Both the position numbers and the translations under genes were made by a program. Positions 11,408 to 24,150 of a DNA stretch of 64,000 nt are shown piece by piece. The notes under the pieces were generated by a model. It had not been told where the DNA came from. It searched no databases and worked only from the letters and a program-made list of their open reading frames with translations. How positions within the stretch are numbered: position 1 is the first letter of the stretch; every line of letters begins with the position of its first letter. The stretch is from Octopus bimaculoides (Eukaryota), in NCBI RefSeq assembly GCF_001194135.2, contig NC_068989.1, positions 30,001,114-30,065,113 of the forward strand, read 5' to 3'.

Positions 11408-11876
11408 TATATACATATATAGGTAAGTAAATAGATATGTAAGTAAATAGATATGTAAGTAAACAGATCGATACATTGGTAAGTAGATAGATAGGTACAT
11501 AGGTAATATGGACACACATGCATACACACACACACACAAAAGGAGATAGAACCATATATGCACACACTCCATAGACACGCATGCATACATATATGCATAT
11601 ACACACATACATGCATGCATAAATACAAACATACATACATATGTGCATACACAAGCACACATGCACACAAACAGACAAAAAGAATGCAGCTCCAATAACG
11701 GACATAGTCAACATCCATTGACAAGGTTGCAAAAGGCGATGAAAATTTTGGAAGGAAAAAAAAGAAAGACAAATATATAAAAATATATATAATAAATGAG
11801 TGGAAATCGAACCAGTGAGTGTGTCGGATAATAAGGTAATAAGACAATATGACTCTCTCTACTTACAATATAATTT
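10887..11876. repeat. About 1-kb imperfect palindrome centred on (TA)n
   Basis: 10887-11345 is the diverged reverse complement of about 11420-11876, e.g. gagagtcatattgtctta / taagacaatatgactctc and gtcaatagatgttgact / agtcaacatccattgac. Confidence 0.9.
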
Positions 11877-12980
11877 GCTTCAACACATGAATTCACATGA
11901 AGAATCTTGCAAACCAGATGATGTTTAATTTTAAACTTTTAAGAATTTTTGTTTTTTCTTTTAAAAAAGATTTCGTTGAAAAATTCATAGAAAATATCTT
12001 ATAGAAATAAGAAGAAATCTTATTTCATATGAAATTGTTGTTAATTTTCTTATTGCTTTGTATTGTTTAAATTTATTCATCCAGGTTAGCAATAAACAAT
12101 AAAATAAAAGGAGCTAAGATATATTTGGTAATTTTTCTTTACTTTTACATTTGATGGTAAAGTCTCTATTGAGTGAATGCAAGGGATTTGGAAAGAGCAA
12201 CTACACAGTTACAATGAATTATTTTAATATCTTTAGAACATTATCTTAAACTTTAAAAACCAAAGATATTAACAACAGTTGGAGCTGACTATTGCACTGT
12301 TGCTGCTTTCAATAGACTTATGAAAAGATTAAACATTTAGAAAAGGTACAAGGCTGCTGTTGGGACTTGTAACAAGTACTGTGTGTACTTCTTTTCATGT
12401 ATAGTTTAGGTTTTGGCATTGGGTGAGAATCAAAGAACTCAATGGCTCAAAGGTTGTGTATATTTCTAAAAGCCTTCTCAGAAGTTAGTGGCAATGAATG
12501 ATCTTTTTGTATTCTTGTTCTTGTAGTGTGAGAAGCCAAATCAGTTAAAGATTTAGACAGATTCAGCTGACAATGCAGAATTCCAGATGTCTACCTGACT
12601 TTGTGCTCCTGACCATCAGGTGATTGGGCTCTAATAAGAACCTTGTAAAGCTTGTAAAAAGTTAAAATGCCTTAGAGTTGCAAGAAACAAAATGTCTTGG
12701 GGATATGTAGTACACATAATCTACTTTAAAGGCTTCTAGAAGAGTTTTCTTTTACAAAATAACTAATGAACAGTTTGTAATTCTAATACTGAGCACCATA
12801 TACATCTAATAGTGAGTTGTCAATTTGTAATAATAAATCTTTCAGTTTCTTAGCTGCTGACACTGCTTCAATCTGTTTGGTATAACTATTTTGATTGTAA
12901 GGTATATTATTATTGTCAAAGATTTAAAGCAACGGTAAGTGGCACTTAATAGTAAAATTGATTATATACATGATCAATTT

Positions 12981-14197
12981 AATTAATACATTATTATTAT
13001 TGTTGAGTGAAAGATAACAATGCATGCCATCGAAGTGACACTGTGGTACAAATATGAAGCCCAATATACCCATCATGACTGCCCATCTGATAAGGGTACA
13101 CCAGGCACGTGCATCACAACTACATGTGTGTGACATGGTGACTTCATATCATTATAAACAGTGCATGACCTTGCAGGTGGGGTCCTGTTAGAATTTTCTT
13201 CAGGTCAGGTAGACCACCCCACTTAAAAGGTCCCTGAATAAGGTTTGTTTAAGGATGATGAAAGAAACACTTGTGTTTCCAGAGATGAATTATTCCTCTC
13301 AATACATGGCTATGATGCTCCCCCACTACTCCTGTTCACGATACGATCAGAGATGCACATATTGTCAGCCACTAAGGGACATGCTCAACTGGTTAAGGTG
13401 AAGCAACTGACAAGCAAGTCTGTGGTATTGAGCAGAATATTTGCTGTAGCCCATCTTTTATACCAAGACAAAACATGTACATGATAACATTTCCACTCAG
13501 TTAAGCCATGAAAGCCACTGCCTGGTACTGCATCAGGGCAGTTTCATTAATACATTATTATCATTATTATTGAGTGAGAGAGCAGTACATGCCATCAAAG
13601 TGACAAAATATACGAAGCCCAGTCTACCCATCATGACTACCTGTCCGGTAAGGGTACACCAGGCGCATGCATCACAACCATATGTGCACAACATAGTGAT
13701 CACATATGAAGATAAACAGTGCATGACCTTGCAGGTGGGGCCCAGTTAGAATTTTCTTCAGGTTGAGTAGCCCATCTCGTTCAAAAGATCTCTGAATAAG
13801 GGTTGTTTAAGGATGTTGAACGAAACACCCATGTTTCTAAAGGTGAATTATCCAAACCCCAAAGAATTCCTCTCAACACATGGCTATGATGCTTCCTCTC
13901 TTCTGCTTGTGATCAGAGATGCACATATTGTCAGCCACTAAGGGGCATGCTCAACTGGTTAACATAAAGCAACTGACAAACAAATCTGTGGTATTGAGCA
14001 GAATATTTGCTGTAGCCCATCTTTTATACCAAGACAAAACAATGTACATGATAACACTTCCAATCAGTTAAGATAAGAAGCTATGAGAGCGACTGCCTGG
14101 TACTGCAGCAGGGCATCATTGAGCAAAATATTTGCTGTAGCCCATCGTTTATACCAAGACAAAACAATGTACATGATAACACTTCTAATCAGTTATT
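12981..14197 (-). mobile_element. Two tandem copies (about 560 bp) plus a partial third of a non-coding interspersed repeat
   Basis: Units start at about 12981 and 13543 with attaatacattattat..gagtga, and share catgaccttgcaggtgggg, aatatttgctgtagcccatc and cactgcctggtactgca; the 3' part recurs at 14120-14197. Confidence 0.8.
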
Positions 14198-14199
14198 AT

Positions 14200-16340
14200 T
14201 ATTGTTATTATTATTTTCAACTCAGGTTTTGTTGGACTCCTGACTTGCTACCTGCAGCTTTTGGTACCATGCTATTTGTTCTCTTCAACTTTAGCATACT
14301 TCCCTGATGATTCTGGCTGTGCCAAGGAGGCAAACTTTTTGCAACAGCTCTACTGAATACTCTATTCCCATTTCTTTTATGTTCTTCTCAATACCTTCTG
14401 ATACTGAGCTCAAGGCATCAACAATAATTGGCACTATCTTCACCTTTTTCATTTGCCACATTTGAGCTATCTCATTGTATATGTCTATTTTTTGTCTTCC
14501 TTAACTATTTGTACATCAAAAGGGCATAAGGGGCATGCAGCATTAACTATAAAGCACAGGTGGTTCACTTTGTCTACCACCACTAGGTCTGGCTTGTTGT
14601 GCTCAAGCACCTGGTCTATTTGAATTGGGAAATCCCACAGGATTTTGCAAGTCTCCGACCCAGCCACTCTTTCATACCATGTCTTGCCTCTCTTTAACCC
14701 CCACCCACTTTTCACACAGTTTCTAATGTAGCACTTTTGCTGCTTCATAATGTCACCACAATGTATATTGGTTTTGGGTAAGTTCACAATATGGGCAATG
14801 GTTTCAACATAATTACAAATTCAGCACTATGGAGATACTTGCTCATTTCTAATGCTGACCCTCAAAATTGTGGTATAGTACTCTTTAACCAGTCTCACCT
14901 ATGTTCTCCAGCAGCTTCAGTTGTGGCTACATAGAATTAATTGTGCAGTCATTTGTTGAGTAGCACTTCTTCATGTCCTTCTTGTACTTTTTGTCTTGTT
15001 CTTTTGTTCTTTCCCCGCTTTCAATATGCCCTCACCTCTGACTGCCACTAGCAAGGTTTTCTCACTTTGGGTTAGATATCTCAGCAAGTCCCCATGTTCA
15101 ATATGTACACAGTTTTCCATAATTATCAGTCCCCTTCCTCCATTTGCTCTATTCATGTACAGAAGATCAGCTTCTGCACACAGCTGATGAGCTCCATGCA
15201 TGGTTAAGAGCTTTCTTGGTTTCCTGTCCAATTTCTTTAGCTCATCCTCTGTCCACTTAAGAATTCTGGCTCTATAGCAAATCACTGCAGTTGTGCACAA
15301 GTTTATTGTCAAAATTATGTTTCTGGCATTCAAGTTTGAATCCAATATTTTGCCCAGTCCCTACAGATACTCTTCTTTGTCTTTTCTTTCATATCACCAT
15401 GCTTAATTCCATTTACTTCAAGTATTCCCAGGTATTTATATCTGGATTTAGGTTCAGTTGCCTTCTTCATTTCACCACTTGGTATACATGTACTTTCTAT
15501 TCTGACAAACTTTCCTCATCTCATCACCATCACAGAACCATTTGAAAGTCCAAACTCCATCCTGGTATCATTTGCTATATTTTATTCACAGAATGAACTA
15601 GACTGTCCAGTTCTGCCTCAATTTTTGTGAACAACTTCAAATTATCCATAAATAGCAGATGATTAAGCTTTTCTTTACCACTTCCCAGAACATATCCCAA
15701 CTTTGTCTTCTGCAGTATTTCACTCATTCTCAGCACAAAGATAAATAGGGACATACTGCCCCTATTGGAAGATTTCTCTCTTCATTTTCACTTATCCTAA
15801 ACCCTGATTCCCTACTGTCAATTCAGTTTTCCAACATTTCATATGGTTCCATATAAGGCTTCTCATGTTTTCTGCCACTCCATATTTTCTCATAGTTCTT
15901 GTTATCCAAGAGTGTGGTATAATATCATATGCTTTACATTAATCAATCCATGACATGCTCAAATTTGTGTTCCTTTTCTTGCAGTTTCTGATGATTAGCT
16001 TGTCAATTAATAGCTGATCTTTCATTCCCTGGTTCCTCTTTTGACATCCTTTCTGCTCATTCAATAGTAGCTCACTTTTCTTTTCTAAGTAACCATACAA
16101 TTCACTAGCCAAAACACCTGACAGTAGTTTTTACACTAGCAGAAGACACATTATTGGTTGAAAGTTGGGTACAATGTTACCCTTTTTTAGATTCTTGACA
16201 TAACAATGTCTTTCCTTTTGTTGTCCAACTGAGTACTGAGCCTTCCTGTGGGCATTTATCCAGCTGTTCTGCTATCCTTTCATGAGCCCTCTCAGCTTCT
16301 TCATCCAATAACCTTGGATACTATCTAGCTCTGGGCTCTT
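14200..16340 (-). mobile_element. Dong/R4-like RLE LINE relic
   Basis: RT N-terminus (IQGYWMKKL), KWTEDELKKLDRKPRKLLTMHGAH (14971-15345), KILWDFPIQ..HNKPDLVVVDK..ACPFD RLE (14485-14787); (AAT)n at the 3' end. Confidence 0.9.
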
Positions 16341-16427
16341 TCAATTTGGCATTATACTTATCTCATTCAATACACTTGTATTGGACATTTTCACTCAATA
16401 TTGAGGTTTGTGTTTTAAGGTTAGCCA

Positions 16428-16430
16428 CCA

Positions 16431-16483
<53 letters not shown>

Positions 16484-16490
16484 TTATTAT
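16428..16490. repeat. (TTC)n/(TTA)n microsatellite; (ATT)n also at 16705-16780
   Basis: Direct reading. Confidence 0.95.
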
Positions 16491-16705
16491 TAAGGTGGCA
16501 AGCTGACACAATTATTAGCAAGCCAGGTAAAATGCTTAGCAGCATTTTTTCCGTCTTTATGTTCTAAGTTCAAATTCTTTTGAAGTCAGCTTTACTTTTC
16601 ACCCTTTTGGGGTCTATAAAAAAAGTTCCAATTGAACATTGGGGTTGATGCAATCAACTACCTACAGCCCAACAAATTTCAGGCTTTGTGCCTATAGTGG
16701 AAAGG

Positions 16706-16782
<77 letters not shown>

Positions 16783-17000
16783 AGGTGGTGAGCTGGCAGA
16801 ATCATTAATACACTGGACAAAATGCTGAGTGGCATTTCTTTCTGACTTTTTGAGTTCAGATTCCACTGAGGTGGATTTTGCCTTTCATCCTTCAAGGGTC
16901 AATAAAATAAGTACCAGTTGATCACTGGAGTCAATGTAATTGAATACCTCTCATCTACCAAAATTGTCAGACCTTGTGCCTATAGAAGAAAGAATTATCA
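16490..17000 (+). mobile_element. Two tRNA-derived SINE family B copies (16490-16705, 16783-17000) separated by (ATT)n
   Basis: GGTGGTGAGCTGGCAGAATC head, GAGTTCA(A/G)ATTCC B-box-like motif, GCCTTTCATCCTT..GGTC.ATAAAATAAGTACCAG core, CCTTGTGCC end. Confidence 0.85.
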
Positions 17001-17074
17001 TTACAACTACATTGAAGTTTGCTGAGACAATTTAAATACTTAAATGAAGGCCTTTTCTAACTGATTTTCTAATA

Positions 17075-18341
17075 TCAGGTTGAGTAAAAAGCAAGCAACG
17101 TTTTGAACCATGAAGAATTTGTACCAGATTTTTGCAGAGTTTTGAATTTTGCAGAGTTCTGATAATACAGGCAGAGACTTGCCTACATGTATCAATAAAT
17201 TAACATTGATATTTTTTCACTGTTGTTACAATAATCTGAAATTGAACTGTCAAAGCATGATATTTGAGCAATTTTGCTATTCAACTTCAAAAAAGTATGT
17301 AAAACAGCTGAAACTGTTCACGATATCAGCAAAATGTTTGAGGAAATGACCAGTGAGTGGTCAACTTGAAAATGGTTTAAACGATTTCGCAGTGAAGAAC
17401 TGAGCCTTGAAGATTGGGAGTATAGTGGACGCCCATCTGTCATCAATGATGGTTAATTAAGACCATCATTGAGAAAGATCCATGTAAAACTTCTCAACAA
17501 CTGGCAAAAGAACTTTAAGTTAGCCAGAAAACTGCCTGCAACCATTTGCATGTAACTGGAAAACCAAAAAAGCTTGACAAATGGGTACCACACGATTTGA
17601 ATGAAAATCAGAAAATGTGCAGACATGAAATTTGCTTGTTGCTTCTTCTCTGTAACCAAATCGATCCATTTCTTGACTGTATTGTAACTTGCGATGAAAA
17701 ATGGATTCTCTGTACAATAATAAAAAACGTTCTTCACAGTGATTGGATCAAAATGAAGCACTGAAAACCTTCCCTAAACCCGAGGTCTTCAAAAAGAAGG
17801 TTATGGTGACTGTTTGGTGGTGTACTGCTGGACTCATCCACTATAACTTCTTAAAACTTGGAAAAACCATTACTGTAGAAACATATTGCCATGAAATTGC
17901 TAAAATGAATGAAAAACTGCTACTCATCCATCTCAGACTGGTCAACAGAAGAGGGTCAATCATTCTTCATGACAATGCTTGACCACACGTTTCACTAATG
18001 ATGCTTCAGAAGTTGAGAGAACTTGGCTATGAAGTTCTTCCTCACTCAGCTTATTCCACAGACCTTTCTCCTACCGACAATCACTTTTTCAAGCACCTTG
18101 ATGGTTTCCTGCGAGAGAAGGAGTTCAAAAATCAAACCGATGCTGAAAGTGTATTCAAAGTGTTCATCAACTCCAAAACTCCATATTTTTATGTTACCAG
18201 AATAAACAAACTTCTAACTCATTGACAAAAATGCTTTGATTGTAATGGTACTTACTTTGATGAATAACATTTCTGCATTGTTGCAATATATTGTGATGAA
18301 TTTCATGTTTCAAAACGTTGCTTACTTTTTACTCAGCCTGA
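17075..18341 (+). mobile_element. Full-length mariner (Tc1/mariner) element with pseudogenised transposase
   Basis: TIRs TCAGGTTGAGTAAAAAGCAAGCAACGTTTTGAA / TTCAAAACGTTGCTTACTTTTTACTCAGCCTGA, TA on both sides; transposase pieces WVPHDL, CDEKWI, LHDNA, HSAYSTDLSPTDNHFF with stops and frameshifts. Confidence 0.95.
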
Positions 18342-19321
18342 TAGATAAAATCCAGAATACTGAAAATTTTCCTAGGCTTGTCAAAGATAGAAAGTTTAAG
18401 AAGTGGAAACTTCTGAATTGAAATTTGTCTGTAACAGAAAGTAATTGGATGACAACATTTTCATTAAATGTATTTGTATACAATGAAGAGATTTTAACAT
18501 TAAAACATTAAAACATTAAAACATTTAAAAAGCATGGAGTCAGCTATTTGATATTATCAGAATATTAGAAAAAAAAAATGAAGAGAAGTGGGGAGAGGAA
18601 GGAATGAAAGATTGAGTAAGTGAAAGACTTGAACAGGATGAAGAAAAAACTAATGGAGAATGTGAAAATACAGAAATGGTTTGTAGATAACTAAATTTAC
18701 TCATGAGTGGGAAGCACAAACACAATTTCTAAAGACCCACAATAATTTTCTTTGGTAGAATCCTATTTATCATTTCTTGTACAGTATAAACATTCCATTT
18801 TTCACAGAAATGCAATCTATATTCAAAAGTAGTGCATTTAGGCACGAATAACATATTTTTATCCAAGATGGTTGTCTAATGTTACAAGTACACCAAACAT
18901 AATTTAAGAACAATGACAATGTTGATTTAAAATTAAATTATTCAAATGAAACTAGACAGCAACACATGCAAGTTAAATGAATAAACAGCAATAAAATATT
19001 TTAATCAAAGAATATTTGTGGTTATTAAAATTTTAATATATTGATTTAGTATTTATCAACATTTTTGAATTATAATTAACAAACAAAATCAGATTATAGC
19101 ATTCATAAAAATAATCTCTCAAAACTGGTTATTTAATCTCAGATAAGCCATGCATCACTTAAAGTTATTTTTTTGTGGAAATACTTTCTTTGGAAAAGCT
19201 GTTATACATACACTTTTACAGGCTAATAATATTCTGGATTAAAATACTCAGAATAACTAGAAGTTTATCATCTCTTTTTGAATTTGATAACAGAATTGAA
19301 TATATATGGTAATTAAATATT

Positions 19322-19530
19322 GATTTCAAATTTCGGCACAAGGCCAGCAATTTTGGGGGTGGGGGTAAGTTGATTACATCAACCCCAGTGCTTGACTGGT
19401 ACTTATTTCATGGACCCCAAAAGGATAAAAGGCTAAGTCGACCTCAGTGGAATTTGGACTCAGAATGTAAAGACAGATTAAATGCTGCTAAGCATTTTGC
19501 CCGGTATGTTAACAATTCTGCCAGCTTGCC
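19322..19530 (-). mobile_element. SINE family B (further minus-strand copies at about 23322-23525, 26042-26250, 26265-26475, 51250-51460; degenerate at 20690-20825 and 33905-34260)
   Basis: tttcaaatt..ggcacaaggccagc...actggtacttattt...gatgaaaggc.aagt.gacct...gaatttg.actcag...gattctgccagc pattern repeated. Confidence 0.85.
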
Positions 19531-20462
19531 TCTTTTATATATGGTAAAATATATTTACCATATACACTCAGGATGTTTGTTTTGAGCAAATTATCCATAC
19601 TTGTAACCAGTCCAGATTAAAATAAAGATGGAATGGTTTGACAAAATTGATTGCACATAGCCCTAATTAAAAAAATTATTATTCTTTAATCCTTAACATT
19701 TAAAGTAGTGCTAGACTGATGTTCTGAAAATATGTTAAATAATTTTCCTTTTTTTTTACATTCCTAAAGTCCTATTTTGATTTGAATTCACTCAGACATA
19801 ATTGACTTGATGTTATTTAAATCAATATGGTTTTTCCCTTTTGAAAAACTAGTTTAAGAAGAACAAGTAAAAAAATAAAAAGAGTTCTAAAAATGAAAAA
19901 ACAGGATTGGAGAAATTATTTCTGAAATTGAGTTTAATAATTTTTACTACAAGGGTAAATATTCAAGCGTGTTCACAGTATTTCAGTAATTTCTGCACTT
20001 TTATAAACCTAATAGATTAACATTCAAATACATAAGAGCTATTTAGTAAAATTATGCTCAGTGTTAGTCCTAAATTAGCATCCTCAGCATATAATGGTTT
20101 CAGATTGAGAAGCTTTGATTAAACTAAGCCCAACTGGTTACTGAAACAAACTATATTTAGCACAGCACTAAGTTTAATGATGCATTTAACTAAAGTCTTT
20201 GTTATAAAAATTATCATTATTCTGCTACTCAAGCTGAAAGTCTTTTGCTCAATTCCTTTTTGGTTCTATTACTATAAAATAATGTTGAATCTAGACCTTC
20301 AATTTTATCTAAAACAAATCATATAGAATCATTATCACTGGTGTAAATGTTTTCAAAATAGCTTTCGCTTATTCAAGCTTATTTATATAATTTTTCACTG
20401 TAGTTTCTATTTTTAGACAATGCTTCAATAAAGTTGAATTATCTTTAAAGTTTTCCAAGCAG

Positions 20463-20557
20463 TCATTTTTAATCCACTGCCGGATAAGCTTCAGCATGCC
20501 ATTGTTGGCTTAACTATGTTGATTGTAGACTTACTTGTTGACACTGGACAACTGCAG
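20463..20557 (+). CDS. Candidate exon F
   Basis: ttttccaagcAG (NAGNAG) acceptor, cag|GTTAGA donor; phase 1-0 reading IFNPLPDKLQHAIVGLTMLIVDLLVDTGQLQ. Confidence 0.35.
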
Positions 20558-20647
20558 GTTAGATGGATTGCTCCTGTGGTTGGGTAATTTGGCAGAATTT
20601 GAAACCAGAATGCAAAGTGCTAGAGCAAATACTTGAAGACATCTCAT
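20535..20647 (-). CDS. Candidate first coding exon with signal peptide (exon 20679-20535)
   Basis: ccactacAG acceptor; the first ATG gives MRCLQVFALALCILVSNSA-KLPNHRSNPSNLQLSSVN; GTAAGT donor, phase 2. Confidence 0.35.
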
Positions 20648-21555
20648 CTGATGTTCTAACAATCTACTAATCAATCACCCTGTAGTGGTACTATATTTAT
20701 TGATAGTGAGAGGAGAAAAGGCAAAGTTGATTTTGAGTGGGATTTGAACTAAGAGCACAGTGAACTAGAATAAATATTGTAAGGCATTTTATTTGATGTT
20801 TCATTATATCTGTCAGTTCAGTACCTTTTATATTTAGATATTTATGTAAAATTATACTTTATGGAAAAATTCCATCATTTGGATCACAGGAGCAACATTT
20901 GTAAAAATTTGCTTTTACATCCTATAATATAAAGCAGTTGGTAGAGCTCTCTCCTTTCTTTGTTTCTAAGTTATTCATATGAGGATGTGAATTCACCATT
21001 ACAATTGAGTGAAATTTTTCATGGTGTCTGGGTATATTATTTGAGAATCAAAGCCATGGACATAACACACTGAAATTAAAGTAAATGAACTGTCAAACTT
21101 AGCACTACTAGGCTTCTGCTTTCATAATATTGACCTATTATATTGCAATAACAGTCAACTATAAATTCAGTTTTTTTAATATTATGATACACAGAAATGT
21201 AAATTTGACATTGCTGAATCCTTTCGTATTGTTTAATAAATAAAGTAAATAACATTTTTTAAAAAGAATATAGAACAAAGAAATCTGGAGTTATCTCATT
21301 CTATTATAAGTAAATTTATCTGAAATATCTTCTAGTTTATTCGAGGTTAGTTATAATTTAAATAAGACTTTTGATGAAACTGAACTGTAAACAGTTGGAA
21401 AAAATGGATGNNNNNNNNNNNNNNNNNNNNNNNNNNNNNNNNNNNNNNNNNNNNNNNNNNNNNNNNNNNNNNNNNNNNNNNNNNNNNNNNNNNNNNNNNN
21501 NNNNNNNNNNNNNNNNNNNNNNNNNNNNNNNNACACACACACACACACACACACA

Positions 21556-21725
21556 CAGAGCCATAGCTAGTTAGCCTTTAGCAACCTTTGTGAGCAGACT
21601 CACTATTTTTTCTTTACTTAATATATCTATGAAGCAGGACAATAAATAGTGCCGAGTCTCCCAGTTATCCAACATTGTGTAACCAATGGAACTGACCTTC
21701 CACATTAAATCTAGCTATGGCTCTG
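21556..21725. mobile_element. 170-bp MITE
   Basis: Perfect 15-bp TIR CAGAGCCATAGCTAG / CTAGCTATGGCTCTG; TA on the right, left side merges with (CA)n. Confidence 0.7.
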
Positions 21726-23679
21726 TATAGTAATAAGTTGTAAAGAGTAAGCCAGAAGAAAAAAATGGATTTGATGTCTTAGAAAGTTCACATTAAGTTC
21801 TTTAAAAGTCAGTCATAAAGAAAAAAAACATTCATTAATCAGTGAAATGACAGAAGGCTGAACATGTAGCTATCTTAGATGGCTCCACTCACCGGCATGG
21901 ACCAATACACAACCATATATCTGAAAGTGAGTATGAAAGATTATGTTAATAGAAAAGTATGTAATGTCTGAAAGCTTAACCAGTCTTAACTTTTGGAAAA
22001 ACTGTAACAGCCATAAAATAGAAAGAAGTTCATAAGAAATGGTAAAAGTTAAAACGAAATCTTTCTAAAAATACCACTGAGCTACTGAGAAAGTCTGATT
22101 TTCCTAGGATGCATAAATATGACAACTCCTTCAAAGGGACAATGGTATTCTCTCCAGAAGGTTTGTATTATTTTCACCAGCTTGTAAAACAGAAGCATGT
22201 AGAAAAGTGGAATCAAGTATTTTGTTTAGAAAATGTTGAGGTTGAATTTGGACTTACTGACTGCCAGCAACTCAGCTTTCACTTCTAAAAATTTGGAAAA
22301 CAAAAACAAAATTATTTAGAGTCTCAGATTAACTTTTTGTTTTTATCACAAATGCTAGAAAAGTTTTGAATATTATTTTCAATATTTCATTAAAGTAGAA
22401 ACTAGTTTATAAAAAGAACAATGAAAGTCTTGGAAAGAAAAATGAATGGAGGGTATCACACATCCATATAAAGTCAATCATAAAAACTTCAGTTACAGCT
22501 GTAACTTCACTTCACAAATTGAAAGAATAGAGAGAGAACTGAAATAATATAACATTGTGGATCATGTATGCACCAAATATGGCCAACAGGCTGTATGTTG
22601 CCATTGCTAAATTTCCTTATAGGAAAACTGTGATAATCTCTTAAAAATACTCAATACACCCAATTGCTGAAGCAAAACTCAGAACTAAACCTATTAATTT
22701 AAATCATTCTTCCTATATTTATGATTCAATATAGAAATATATAAAAAAGATTAACTTACATTTTCGGAAAATCTATTGTTCCCAGCAGTATTTTTCTTTA
22801 AAACTATATTTACTCTGATTATTGAGGTGTGTAGTTCTTCCTTATTTTATCTGCTTCTTCTTTGTCAAAATAGTTATGCCTAAATTGCATTTGCTATTAG
22901 ATTGCATGCAGAAGAATAGCTAAATAAAGTGATAGCCATACCAAATATACATGATAGGAGCATATGTACCAAACCTAATGTTTGAAGCTGAAAGAATCAA
23001 TAATAGAGGAGAAACTAAAGGCAAACTTTTAGACATCCATATTAAGGACCAAAGATTAAAAAAAGTGCTTGCCAATAGATATTTCAATAGCAGTGGACAA
23101 AAATATCTTTTGGAAAGAAGAGAGAATTTTAAATAATTTGAATAAGAATATGGAGTACTTGAAACATACAATTATATGGTATGTTATTGGTGATGATAAA
23201 TTTCTTTTTTTCATCATTAAGCCAATTCTAGGTAGTGTATGTAGTAAAGTGCATTAGGGCAGGATCTGAAATTGGAGTTAAACTGGACAAAACTAGATAC
23301 AGTAATCTATTCTTTTGTACACTAGGCACAAGGTCTGAAATTTTTGGGGAGGGGAGCCAGTTGATTAGATCGACACCAGTACTCAACTGGTACTTAATTT
23401 ATCGACCCCAAAAGGATGAAAGGCAAAGTCGACCTCAGTGGAATTTGAACTTAGAATGTAAAGACAGACGAAATACCACCAAGCATTTTGCCCGACATGA
23501 TAACGATTCTGCCAGCTTGCCACCCTAGATTCAGCAATCTCTGTTATAATAATAACAATATTTTATAAAGTACTTTTAACAACAGTAATTTATAATGCAA
23601 ACACAAAGACAGACATTTTTTTTTAGAGAATACTGTAGTTAATTTAATCAACACCAGTATTTAACTGGTACATATTTTA

Positions 23680-24150
23680 TTGATATGTAAAGATCTTTAG
23701 CTTGACAAGTGCACTGTTACAATATAAGCAGGAAAGCTTGTTAAAGCTGTAAACATCCAGACAGTGATAAAAATCAATGTAAAGGGTCTTAGCCAAAATA
23801 AGGTTGTCAGCCAGTACACCAGGATGAAAAGAGTTATCACAAATGAATACAGGTGAATGCATGTATTGTTATACATGTATTGTAAATGAATAAAGGTGAA
23901 TTCATGTAAGACTGAACTGAATTCCTAAAACAAGAATATTGATCAACAAATCTAGCAGTATCAATATATGGTTTTTGTATTATTGACTGAAAACCACAGA
24001 AAACCAAAATAACTAGACAGAAATCTAAGAAAGCTTCTTACCACAAACAGGATGACAAAGATTCACCATCTTAAAGCTGATGTAAATAAATTATATATTA
24101 AAGGACAAAGTGGTGAACACAAACTTCATCTTATAATAATATTATTTATA
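23680..24150 (+). mobile_element. Highly decayed Dong/R4-like LINE fragment
   Basis: LDRNLRKLLTTNRMTKIHHLKADVNKLYIKGQSG matches the LDRKTRKLLTM..HHPKAD...LY..R..GGRGL segment of the other copies. Confidence 0.55.

Noticed and set aside
12285-12360. DYCTVAAF..KHLEKVQ, a possible CR1/L2 relic
   Set aside because: Too short and needs a frameshift; not enough support.
10351-19308. Extra plus-strand exon-like segments 10351-10437, 12410-12483 and 19222-19308 (also 38705-38747, 52718-52768)
   Set aside because: Good splice sites and one open frame each, but they cannot be placed uniquely in the phase chain; they show how high the spurious-exon background is.
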